A stretch of DNA of 64,000 nucleotides, taken from the human T2T-CHM13v2.0 reference genome, Homo sapiens. The stretch's first letter is position 1. The number at the start of each line of letters is the position of its first letter. The position numbers and the translations under genes were made by a program. Where the stretch lies: the NCBI RefSeq assembly GCF_009914755.1, contig NC_060925.1; one strand, written 5' to 3'. Below are positions 1 to 14,553 of this stretch, one piece after another. The notes beneath the pieces are model-generated. The model saw nothing but the letters and a program-made list of their open reading frames with translations, was not told the origin of the DNA and ran no database searches.

Positions 1-54
1 GTATCGATGGTAGTCATACTGATAACTCATAAGAATAATATGTTCTATTTCCCC

Positions 55-130
55 CCATGGCACATGTTTACCTATGTAACAAACCTGCACATTCTGCAAA
101 TGTACCTCTGAACTTAAAATAAAAAAAAAA
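55..130 (+). mobile_element. L1PA 3' terminal fragment with poly(A)
   Basis: ccatggcacatgtttacctatgtaacaaacctgcacattctgca...gaacttaaaataaaaaaaaaaa is the typical L1PA 3'UTR terminus. Confidence 0.85.
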
Positions 131-433
131 GTTCCTGAACCTCTTAAATCTTCAAATGTGTACTTTTCCAAAGAAAATTTAGTGCTGAGCATACTCCCTG
201 TTCGTCAGTGCACCTGAGAAGCCATTCGATAGCTAACTATCCTATATATACGGCATCTAGTGACTAAATTGAGATCTTTATTTTAATCTACTTGTTTATT
301 TTTATTTGTTCTATGAAAACTTTTAAAGGTTTTCATTAATTTTACCATTTAACACATTAATAAAATGTAGGTGAATTCTTAGTTTAACTTATAATTTAGC
401 TCATCACCCTGAAACAAATTTCAATAAATTTAA

Positions 434-857
<424 letters not shown>

Positions 858-1041
858 TCTCCAGTTTCTTAACACAGATCTCAATAAATATTTTTTGGAG
901 GATTGAAGGGAGAGAAGTAGTATGAGATCTGGGGCTTTTAAGATCAAATGTCTATTGAGAGACTAAACTCCTTAGGAATCTCACCAGAAATAATATAACT
1001 AATATAATAGGAAGACTAAAATTATGCATAGGTGGCCTGAC

Positions 1042-1218
1042 AATGTTTCTCAAAATGTAGTCCCCACATCAGCACCATCCATGTCACCTGGGAACTTGTT
1101 AGATATGCAAATTCTGAGGCCCCACCTAAGACCTATTGAATCAGAAACTGGGGATGGGGCTAAGCAGTCTGTCTTAAGCCCTACAGGTGATTCTGATGAA
1201 CACTTAGGGTTGGAAACG
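1042..1218. mobile_element. MER5A (hAT-Charlie) DNA transposon remnant
   Basis: tttctcaaaatgtagtccc...cacctgggaacttgttagatatgcaaattct...gaatcagaaact...caggtgattctgatg motifs. Confidence 0.8.
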
Positions 1219-1671
1219 TTTGAAAATGAAGGCACAAATACAGTCCATAGATACTATAAAGCCGCCAGGTGTTTAATATGGCAAAAACTAGGCAGATGTG
1301 TGCATTTGGTCAAAATAAAAACAGCTTTGCTCCCAGAATTCTACCTTTGCCTGGCATACTTCACACCATTTAACTGCAGGTTCTGTACAGGCATCTAAAT
1401 TTTCACTTCTTGTTAATTGCCCAAGAAAGAAATCTGAAAAGAAATCTTGTTACAGAAAAAATTGAAGGGAAATTGAATTAATCTTTGAGCCCCTTGATAG
1501 CAGAGACTGATCTTGTTCATTATTGAACCCCCATTTTCTATGACAGTGCCTAGCACATAGTACTCAATACCTATTTGGTGAATAGATGAGGCAATCTCAC
1601 ATGTGGGAAGGGCTGACCAAGGTGGGCCCTCAAGATGTCTGAAAGGGGCCAGGGGGAGGGTATGTGAGGAA

Positions 1672-1872
1672 GACATGGTTTCAGTCCCAGTTCTAGCCCT
1701 TGCAGCTGTGTGACCTTGCAATAGTTATTTAATCTAAGTGTTATTTTCCTTATATGTACAATAGGGATGGTAACAGTTTCTATCCCATAGAGGTATTCTA
1801 AGGATTAAAAGGGAAAATACATATAAAGGACACAGCAGAGTACCTGGGAAATTGTCAATAAGTGTTAGTTCT
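1672..1872 (+). mobile_element. MIR SINE
   Basis: gctgtgtgaccttgcaa-ttatttaatct...ttttccttatatgtacaatagggat...aggattaaa MIR core. Confidence 0.75.
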
Positions 1873-2118
1873 TATGGTTATTGTGATCATTTTTGTGGTT
1901 TTTACAATGACACTACTGTGGAGGAGTCAATGCTTAAGACTAAGGCCCCTGTGTCAATTGCCATTATAAGGATTTGTGCCTACCCTATATGGCAACCTAT
2001 TTTCCCTGGAAAGAAACACAGGAACGTGTCCTTTGTTGAAGTCCTTTCTAGAAGACAGAGAATTATGATTGGAAAATAAGGTAAATGCCCTGTTATTGTG
2101 TGGCTTGAATTTTAGGCA

Positions 2119-2250
2119 GGTTTTAGTTGGCTAACTAGATCAAATGTTTTATGTTAATAGATGGTTTTAGTTGGCTAACTAGATCAAATGTTTTATGTTA
2201 ATAGATGGTTTTAGTTGGCTAACTAGATCAAATGTTTTATGTTAATAGAT
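2119..2250. repeat. Perfect tandem repeat, 3 x 44 bp
   Basis: ggttttagttggctaactagatcaaatgttttatgttaatagat at 2119-2162, 2163-2206 and 2207-2250, all identical. Confidence 0.97.
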
Positions 2251-4288
2251 AATACTGTCAAAATACTGATTCTTCCACTTTTTATAATAGTTCCAGTCCT
2301 CAACTCTCATGATAGAAAGAAAAATAGAAAAGAAAGGAGGGAGGGAAAAAATAAAGTCTTCCAGAAAGTCTATCTTACAAGGTAAGTCCAATTTTCAATA
2401 ATTATGTTGGAAGAACGCTTAACAGCTTAATTTTGGATCTCTTGATATAGCTTCATATAATCTTCATACAAATCTAATCAGAGATGTGAAGCTCTGATTG
2501 TTGAAATTATTAAAATACATAATTATTTGCTGAAATTAAATATAGGGAATTCCTTAAGGAGCCTTTCCACCATTTTTCTCTTCCTTTGAGATAATTATCT
2601 GTGCAATACTAGATATTAAATGGTTACATACTCACTGCACTTCTGCCCTGAATCTAGGTTGGAAGAACGTTTACTTGCCTTGCATAGGAAATTTCTCAAT
2701 GTCTATATTTACTGCAGGTTGGCTTGGACTACAATTAGGGAACAACTGTTCCCACCAAAGTAGGATGTGTGGTTCATAACTGTGAAGAACCCATGCTGAA
2801 GGCTGATAGAAAGCAGCAACTCAGACATCAGGGGGAGCACTGATCAGGAGTGAGAGCAAGAGAAATTTCCCCAAATGAACAAGGAACTGCAGCAGACTTT
2901 TCACAGAACACCCTGGTAATAGAAAACTTCCATAGAAATTTCTGGTGAAAATTATACTTACGATGTATTTAAGAGTTTGCAGATGAAATGATTACAAGCT
3001 TCCTTCTAGCAGGATAAGTTTCAGAACTTCCTTGAAATCTTACATGCCTCCCTTCCATGGGCTCAGCCATGGTCAAACTATAAAAGATTCCCATCCCCTG
3101 TACTTCCTTGCATTTAGGAATATTTTCAGGTTTTTTCTCTTAAATCCATTCACTCTGTCTTACCAGAATTTTTGGCTGACCCTTCAATTTTGGTCAATGT
3201 CTTGCTTTTCCCCTGTTTATCTGGACTTGATATTTTAGACCTTCTCTCATAGGCAACTCTTCTGCAGTTTTCAGCTATCAGGCTTTTTTTTCTTCAAGCC
3301 CTATACTTGTATATTAGTCATAACCATTCCAACCACAAGAGCTCAGCTCTAGTATCCCCATTTATCTGGGAGGGAGGTCAAAAGTAAGAATCCTCAAACA
3401 TAAGTGAACGAACTTAGAATAGAATACAAAAGGCATATGGCAAAGAAGAAAGCCGGCAGAAGCTAGAGGAACAGGATCCATAGTAGACCAGTGACTCTGC
3501 CCCATGCCGTGCTGGCAAAGGGTTCTCCTAGATACTTGGTAAGAGTGTGAGTATTCAAAAAAGTAAAGTTGGGAGTTGGAGAAGGGGAGTAATGAAGAAG
3601 ACATAGGCCTTGCAATTCAACCTTAATAACACAGACAAATTGAGGCAAAAACATCAGGACCTGGCAACTGTTTTCTCATTTGATTCTTGCCTGGTAACAA
3701 AGAGAGAACTGAGCTATGGGTTAGAGGGATAAAGCCAAGACATATGAACGTCTAGTTTCTGCCCTACTCTGGTATGGGGATTGTGGACAGAGAATACTAC
3801 ATAATGCTGTGAAGGTAGCTGGATAAGCTCCTCTGACGTTGTGGGGTTTTCCTGCTAAAATTGAACCAAGCATATAAATTAAAGTGAGATGAGTTTTTTT
3901 CTATTAGAAATTTCAAAGTTACCCTGTCTCTCTTTAGTCATGTCTAAATATTAGTTGTAGGACGTGTATGCAGTAGATAAGAAGTCAATATGCAGCCAGC
4001 AGTCTATCTTCCCAGCTTTCTGAAAGACATTCCAGGACAGTTACAGAAGTGGAGAGATGGAGGCATTAGGTCTACTATTGAATTTAGGGTTATGGTTGGA
4101 TGAATTTGTGTATAAGATCTTAAACTCTTTGATGTTCTATTTAAAAATCGAGTTCTAAGGGGAGCAATTTGAACAAATTAATACAATGCAAAGGTAGCCA
4201 TCAGTCAAAGTGTGATGAATTCAGGAAAAGTCTTAAGACTCAAACTCTTTAGTTGAGGCCTTTGTGCCTGATAGAGATCTTTACCTTT

Positions 4289-4727
4289 GTCAAAGACTAA
4301 GTTACAACAAATTTAGTTATAAATCTAACTTGTTTTTATTCACAATTCATTAATCAGGTCAGCCTCCATTCTATAAAATAGAATATGAGTTCCCACTAGG
4401 CAATGGCATACAGTGGGTTTTGTAAGGTGGGAACAAGGAAACAAAATAGTAGGGAAAAAAATGGCTGATTATTAATATCAGGCTGCTTCAGTTCACTTTT
4501 TTTTTCTAAGAGTTAAAGCAGAAGGGACTTCCTTATTCAACTGACTCCAGTAGACTGGAATCTCCTGTTTTCAGGATAAAATGGTCTGTTTTGGGTTCTG
4601 TCTGCTCCCTTAAAGTTTCAGTTTCACTATGTGGCGTTTAGCAAAGTGACTCCATTTTGGCTTGTTCTCACCTGTTGGGACTTAGTAAAAGTTCAGTCTA
4701 AAAAATGACCTTCTATAATTTTTTAAT
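4289..4727 (-). mobile_element. ERV1-class (MER4-group-like) solo LTR, subfamily uncertain
   Basis: Begins tgtcaaag...acaaatttagtt; ccattctataaaatagaat and gtgactccattttgg motifs typical of MER4-group LTRs. Confidence 0.5.
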
Positions 4728-5037
4728 ACCTATTTCTCATAAACAAGGTCCAGGCTCCTGGAAGAGTAGGAATCACCAGATCAAGGGTGATGGGGGTAAA
4801 CCTAGACTATCTTAGGCTTATTATTAATAATTGCAAATTAGAAGCATCTTTTGAACAGAGACTGAAAGTGGTGAAGAAAATAAGATTGACAAAATTAAAA
4901 TATAAAAGAGATCAAAGAGGAACTGCCTGCAACAAAATGGAATCATAGAAAATGGAATCATAAATTATAAAAAGAGAAAAGACATGGGGCTCAGAAGGAA
5001 GAAGCTAGGTTTGAAGAACAAATCTTTGCCCACAGTG

Positions 5038-5140
5038 CACTGGTTCTCAAACTTGGCTGCACATTAAAGACACCTTAGAAGTTTTTTTAAAAACACTGAG
5101 TCCCACCCTTAGAGATTCTGAATTAGTGGTCTGAGAAGTT
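5038..5140. mobile_element. MER5-family fragment
   Basis: tggttctcaaacttggctgcacatta...agagattctgaattagtggtctg. Confidence 0.7.
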
Positions 5141-5485
5141 GCTGGGGAAAGGGGGTAAAACTAGTCTTTCTCTTTTTCAAGTAACCTGTGTGGTCATTTC
5201 TAACTGAAGTGGCTAATTGAGATAGGCAAAAACCTCAACGCTCATGCCCCTACCAGGCTGCTTGTAACAAGGGTCAAAAAGAATGTGTGTACAATTACAG
5301 CACGTGTCTTTGTGCCTTTTTTAGGCTGTGTGCTTTACTTATGCTTCCTTTTTATCTAATTACTTTAATGCTCCCTAAAGTTCTGAACAGACTTTGGCAG
5401 GACGATTGGTGAAGGAAAATTTAATTATATAAGAAAGCAAAAGTCAGTTTATAATATCAAACCTAATTTATGGGACTGTAATTGC

Positions 5486-5504
5486 TGACCTCTAGGGGGA
5501 GCTC
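5486..5504 (+). promoter_or_regulatory. Candidate CTCF-binding motif
   Basis: tgacctctagggggagctc closely matches the CTCF core CCASYAGRKGGCRS and lies in non-repeat DNA. Confidence 0.45.
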
Positions 5505-6310
5505 AAGGCTCCTTCTCCCCATCTCCTTTCTTTCCAGTCCCTATGGAGAAGTATTATTTAGGTTTAAGTTTAGGATTGTATTGGCTATTTGGTATTAAAT
5601 GTTACCACATTGCCAAGTTAACAATCGTTATAATGTGGGTGTGGCCTCTTTTGGGTTCCCTTATTCTTAGCAAACAGAGTGGAAAAGAGGGTATGATCTG
5701 CATGTGGGTTTTTGTTTGTGAAACAAAAATAGACAGTTTACACTGTTGACTAGTTAGACACATACTAGCACAGCAAAAGGGAGTTCTTCACAAGATCCAC
5801 TGAAACTTTTTAGAGTTCTGCATTAGGCTTAGGAGCTAACCTTATAACTAAGAAATAACCATCTCTTTGCTTTGCTTTGTCTTACTTCATCGTCACAATC
5901 TGTCTGTTTTTATCTGTGCCCCCACCTCCAAGACCTCAGAGAATCTCTAAATGAGGGGAGGATTGGTGTAGGTCAGGATTCAGTTAGTGTCCTAACAAGA
6001 TACCATTGTAATAACATCATCATTTTTATTTGGGTGTTATTCAAAGAAAGAGAGAAAGGTGGAAGTGGAAAAGAGAGGGTAGTTCTTACAATTCCTTGAA
6101 AATGTCTTGAAAAGATAAAGGAAGTTAAGCCAAACGCACCAAGGCTGAACTTCTTGGTTTAAATAGTAGGAAGACAGCAATGCCTGATTTTGCCCCAATT
6201 GTCCATAAACATATCAATGAAGACTGGAGGGAGTTCACAAACAAAAACATGGTAAAATAGAATATTAATAACATAGTCACCAGATTCTGAGCATAATTAA
6301 CATTAAATAT

Positions 6311-6676
6311 TATCTTACTCTGCTTGGGCTGCTAAAGCAAAATACCATGGCCTGGGTGATTTAAACAACAGAAATTTATTCTCACAGTTCTGGGGGCTAT
6401 GAAGTTTCAGATCAAGATGTCAGCTGATTTGGTTCCAGGGCCCTCTTCCTGGCCTGCAGATGGCCACCTTCTCGCTGTGATCTCACATGGCAGAGAGACA
6501 GCTCTGGTGTCTCTTATAAGAGCACTGATTTCTCATGAAGGCCTCACCTTCATGACTTCACCTAAGCCTAATTACCCCTAAAAGTCCCATCTCAAAATAC
6601 CCAAAGAGCCATCACATTGGGGGCTAGGGCTTCAACACATGAATTTGGGGGAAGGGGACACAATTCGGTCCATAAC
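6311..6676 (-). mobile_element. MLT1A-type MaLR solo LTR
   Basis: cttgggctgct..aaataccat..ctgggtgatttaaacaacagaaatttattctcacagttctg...ggcttcaacacatgaatttgggg...cacaattcggtccataaca. Confidence 0.85.
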
Positions 6677-7476
6677 AATGGTAGAAGAGAGACAGTCAAA
6701 CTGAGAAACTTTCACAGCTTGATGTAGATTCTGGCCTTAGGGGCAAGAGTTAAACTTGGATAGAATGAAGACAGCATGAGGCTTCTACCCATCTCTTACT
6801 GCATTATCCTACTACTCTATCTTAGAAACATGACTTGCAACAACCAAAAACCAGAAACCTCCCCTATCTATTGGGGAAGACCCTTGAAGTGGCCAGGCCA
6901 TGCCTCCTGCTCTATCTTTAACCTCTTACTTAACCTCTAAAGGGCACTGAAATGTTTGAACATATTCCTTACTCTTGAATTCATAGCTCTTCAAACACAA
7001 GTTCCATTGTGGTTTAAATATAAATGGATTCTAAAGATGAAATTGGGTCAAATTGAAGATTTGGGTGGATAAGCAAAGGGACTAAAGTCATCTTCTTGAA
7101 TGCCTATTCCTTCTTCATCACTTCTCCACTGTTGAACTCATTGCCCATGTGGCTGATGAGATTAGATGAGCCCAGATCTCCCTCTCACGTGGGAGAAGGC
7201 ACTATCCAATGCTTCTACTTCAGAAATCCAAGAAAGAAACTCTTTCGTATCTCCAAGGCTTAATGCAGTCTAACTGCTTTAAACAACACCTATGCACTGA
7301 TGACTCCATATTGTATGATGCGGATTCTGATGTTAATCTAGTCCCTCTTTATTAACTCCCATTCACAGCATCATTGTGGCTTTAGCTATTTAGTGTCTAC
7401 ACTGAGAGAGGTATATTTAGATAACACTTTATTAATAGGCTTAGGCAGAAATAGGAAAGGACATTTCAATGACTTA

Positions 7477-8220
7477 TGACACTAACTACCCAGAGTTGGG
7501 CCAAACTTCACAGTTAAGGGTACAGTCCTTTACAAGGCTGCCCTCACTTCAGGCGCCAGCTGCAAGTGCAGAGGTCCCCAGCCCACCCTCACTTCTGACC
7601 AACGGGTTACAAATTTTAGGGTTTCCACTATCCTGTCAGGTTAGATAACTTATTAGCACAATTTGCAGAACTCACAAAAGCACTATATTTATTTTTAAAG
7701 TTTTATTAAAGCAAAAAGATACAAATTAGAACCGGCCAAAGGGAGACATGCAGAGGGCAAGATCTGGGAGGGTTCCAAACATGAGGCTTCTATTATCCTT
7801 TCCCCATGGAATTAGGGTAGATTATCCTCCTGGCACATCATGTAGGACAGTACACAGAGAACTGCCAACTAGAGAGGCTCACCCAAGCTTTGACGTCCAG
7901 AGTTTTATTGGGATTTAATTACATAGGATCTTTGATGGAATCAACACCTATGTGGTTGAACTCAATTTCTGGCACCACCCTCCAGATGTCAGACTGATAT
8001 CACAATGGCTCAAAGCCTCAACTTTCTAATCTCATGGTTGATCTTTCAGCCATGGCCAGCATCCCCATCCTGAGTCATTCGTTAGCAGGAGTCAAAGTAA
8101 GTCAGCTTGGTAAACTATCAGGGCCCACCATTAATAAAGTCACTCTTATATCACTTGGGAAATTCCAAGAGGTTAGCAGTTATCTCCCGGGAACCAGGGA
8201 CAAAGACCAACCAAATTCCA
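7477..8220. mobile_element. MER21-family LTR
   Basis: tgacactaactacccagagtt...cctcacttctgaccaac...ccagagtttttattggg...ggaaccagggacaaagacca. Confidence 0.75.
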
Positions 8221-9483
8221 TTTGGCTTCCAGCAGACTTCTAGCAGGCTTCCATTGAATCAGTAATAAAAAAGCAGGATTGGGGAGGGGCTAAGATAGCT
8301 GATTAGAAGCAGCTGCAGTCAGAGGCTCCCACCAAGAACAAAAATGGTAAGTGAAGTCTGCACCTTCAACGGAGGTATGCAGGTTCTCTCATTGGGACTA
8401 ACTAGGTGGTTAGCACGACCTACAAAGAGCAAGGAAAAGCAGGGTGGAAAAATGGCCCACCCGAGAGCAGATTAACACAGGGCAAGGGGAGCTCTCATCC
8501 CCAGCCAAAGGAGACAGTGAGTGATTGTGCTACCCCAACCAGGAAATCATGCATTTTCCATGGATCTATGCAACCTGCGGATCAGGAGATCCCCTTGTGA
8601 GCCCATGCCACCAGGGCCTTGGGTCCCAAGCACAGAGTTGTGCAGATACTCAGCAGCTGTTTGGGTTGTGGCCTGCAGCAGCAGTTTGGAAACTGCCTAA
8701 GATGACTGAGTTCCCGGGGTGAGAGGAGCTGCTGTCACCGTGGCTCCAGTCTGTCCTACCAGGGCCAGGGAGTCTGGATGGTTTGGAATGGAAGGAATTC
8801 CCCACAGGGCAGCACAGCAGCTGTGGCAGATTGTGGTCAGATTGACTCTTTAGGTGGGACCCAGATCCGTCCCTCCTCACTGGGAAGGGTTTCCCTGCAG
8901 GAATTTCAGCAACTCCAGCCAGGGGGTTATGGACAGAGGACAGAACTCTGACCTCCCTGAGATGGAGCCCCTGATGGAAGGAGCAGCCATGGTCTCTGTG
9001 GTTCATTCAGCAGTCTTAGTGTTTCCTGCCTGCTGGCTCTGAAGAGTCCAGGAAATTCTCAGCACAGCACACCCACTCCAACAAGGGGCAGCCAGACTGC
9101 TTCATTAAGCAGGTCCCCGATCCTATGCTTCCTAACTGGGTGAGACCCCCAGCCAACAGGGGTCACTAGACACCTTATACAGGAGCATTCCCACTGGCAT
9201 CAGGCTGGTGCTCCTCTGGGATGGAGCTCCCAGAGGAAGAAGCAGGCTACCATCTTTACTGTTCTGCAGCCTCCACTGGTGACACCTCCAGGTGCAGGAG
9301 GGACCCAGGTGAATAGGGTCTGGAGTGGACCCCCAGCAAATTGCAGCAGCCCTATTGAAGAAGGGCTTGACTGTTAAAAACAAACAGAAAGCAACAACAA
9401 CAACATCAACAAAAAAGACCCCACAAAAAACCCCATCCAAAGGTCACCAGCCTCAAAGATCAAAGGTAGATAAGCTCACAAAG

Positions 9484-10500
9484 ATGAGAGTTAATACAAA
9501 AATGCTGAAAGCTCAAAAAGCCAGAGTGCCTCTTCTCCTCCAAATGATCACAACGCCTCTCCAGCAAGGGCACAGAACTGGGATGAGGCTGAGATGCATA
9601 AACTGACAGAAGTAGGCTTCAGAAGATGGGTAATGATGAACTTCACTGAGCTAAAGGAGCATGTTCTCATCCAATGCAAAGAAGCTAAGATTCATGATAA
9701 AACAATATGGGAGATGATAACCAGAATAACCAATTTAGAGAAAACATAAATAACCTGACAGAGCTGAAAAACACAATACAAGAACTTCATAAGACAACCA
9801 CAAGTATCAATAGCCAAATAGACCAAGCGGAGAAAAGAATCTCAGAGCTTGAAGACTATCTTGCTGAAATAAGACAGGCAGATAAGATTAGAGAAAAAAG
9901 AATGAAAAGGAATGAACAAAACTTCTAAGAACTAGGGGATTATGTAAAAAGACCAAACCTACAACTGGGGCACCTGAAAGAGACAGGGAGAATGGAACAA
10001 AGATGGAAAACATACTTCTGGATATCATGCGTAAGAACTTCCCCAACCTAGCAAGACAGACCAACATTCAAATTCAGGAAATCCAGAGAACCCCACTAAG
10101 ATACTCCATGAGAAGATCAACCCCAAGACACATAATCGTCAGATTCTCCAAGGTCAAAATGAAGGAAAAAATGTTAAGGGCAGCCAGAGAGAAAGGACAG
10201 GTCACCTACAAAGAGAATCCCATCAGACTAACAGCAGACCTCTCAGTGGAAACTCTACAAGCCAGAAGTGTTTGGGGGCCAATATTCAACATTATTAAAG
10301 AAAAGAAATTCCAACCCAGAATTTCTTATCCAACCAAATGAAGCTTTGTAAGTGAAGGAGAAATAAAATCCTTTTTAGACAAGCAAATGCTGAGGGAATT
10401 TGTCATCACAAGGCCTGCCTTGCAAGAGCTCCTAAAGGAAGCACCAAATATGGAAAGGAAAAACCATTACCAGCCACTACAAAAACACACTGTAGTAGGC
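9484..10500 (+). pseudogene. Disrupted L1 ORF1p (coiled coil, RRM, CTD)
   Basis: Fragments ..SINSQIDQAEKRISELED.. and NFPNLARQTNIQIQEIQRTPLRYSMRRSTPRHIIVRFSKV..QPRISYP; stops and frameshifts. Confidence 0.88.
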
Positions 10501-10560
10501 AGACCAATGACACTACGAAAAAACTACATTAACAAGGCTGAAAAATAACCAGCTAGCATC

Positions 10561-13467
<2,907 letters not shown>

Positions 13468-13741
13468 TTCAATTACTCAATTCAATTTACTCAATTTCTT
13501 TGGTCTCTTTCTGAGTTATATCTGGAAATCGGATGATAAGCTATTTCTACAAATTATTTTTAATATTCATCACTCACAACTCAATTGGACCCTCCTGCAA
13601 TTTTTTTGAAAGCAAAAAATTGGAAACCACCTAACTGGCTAAAGAATTTGTTACCCAGACATTACAAAATCATTCACTTTCTCATTTTCTGGGAAGTAAA
13701 TCCAAAAGGCTCTTACTAACACTTAATAAATAATTAGTAAT

Positions 13742-14035
13742 TGTGGCTGTTACTCTGTCATGGAGAATCACTTCCTTTAGTTTGAGACCTAGGGCTGAGA
13801 TGGCCCTTCAGAGATGTTCCAAAATGGAGGCAAAAGGATGTCTTTATGCCATCTGCATGGGATTAACCACTGAGTGTAGGCTGACCCCAAGGAGAGCCAT
13901 AGCCTTGGGAAGGGAAGTTTCCTTCAGCAGAGGGCAATTTCCAGAGAGGAAAAGGCTGTGAGCAGCCACTATTCCAGGCAACTGGGGAAATCCTGAAGGG
14001 AGGACCTAGGTGACACACCACAGCAAACCACCATA
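13742..14035 (-). mobile_element. LTR16-family (ERVL) solo LTR remnant
   Basis: Reverse complement of the LTR16 5' end: ggcaatttccagagagg...ctgggga..tcctgaaggg..caccacagca..ccac. Confidence 0.6.
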
Positions 14036-14044
14036 AAATTCTTT

Positions 14045-14243
14045 CAAAAGGGAACAGAAGACATTGGGGCCTACTTGAGGGTGGAAGGTGGGAGGAGGGA
14101 GAGGAGCAGAAAAAATAACTATTGGATACTAGGCTTAGTACCTGGTGACAAAATAATCTGTATAACAAACCCCAATGATACAAATTTACCTATATAATAA
14201 ACCTGCACATGTACCCCTGAACTTAAAATAAAATTTTTAAAAA
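14045..14243 (+). mobile_element. L1PA13-16-type 3' end fragment
   Basis: ggggcctacttgagggtggaaggtgggaggagggagaggagcagaaaaaataactattgg...aacctgcacatgtacccctgaacttaaaataaa. Confidence 0.88.
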
Positions 14244-14253
14244 ATATTTTGAA

Positions 14254-14553
14254 TTTTTTTGAGACAGGGTATTATTCTGTCACCCAGGCTGAAGTACAAT
14301 GGCATGAGTGATCACTGCTCAATGCACTCTTGACCTCCTGAGCCCCAGAGATCCTCCCACCTCAGCCTCCCAAGTAGCTGGGACCACAGGTGCATGCCAC
14401 CACATCTGGCTTCTTCTTTTTTTTTTTTTTTTTTTTTTGTAGAGACAGTGGTCTCTCTATGTTGCTCAGGCTGGACTCAAACTCCTGGGCCCAAGTGATT
14501 CTCCTGGCCTCCCAAAGTGTTGGGATTACAGGTGTAAGCTGCCATGCCTGGCC
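14254..14553 (-). mobile_element. AluJ
   Basis: gagacagggt...gatcctcccacctcagcctcccaagtagctgggaccacagg...aactcctgggcccaagtgat; diverged, with expanded central T tract. Confidence 0.9.

Noticed and set aside
2119-2250. CRISPR-like array
   Set aside because: Head-to-tail repeats without spacers in a mammalian genome.
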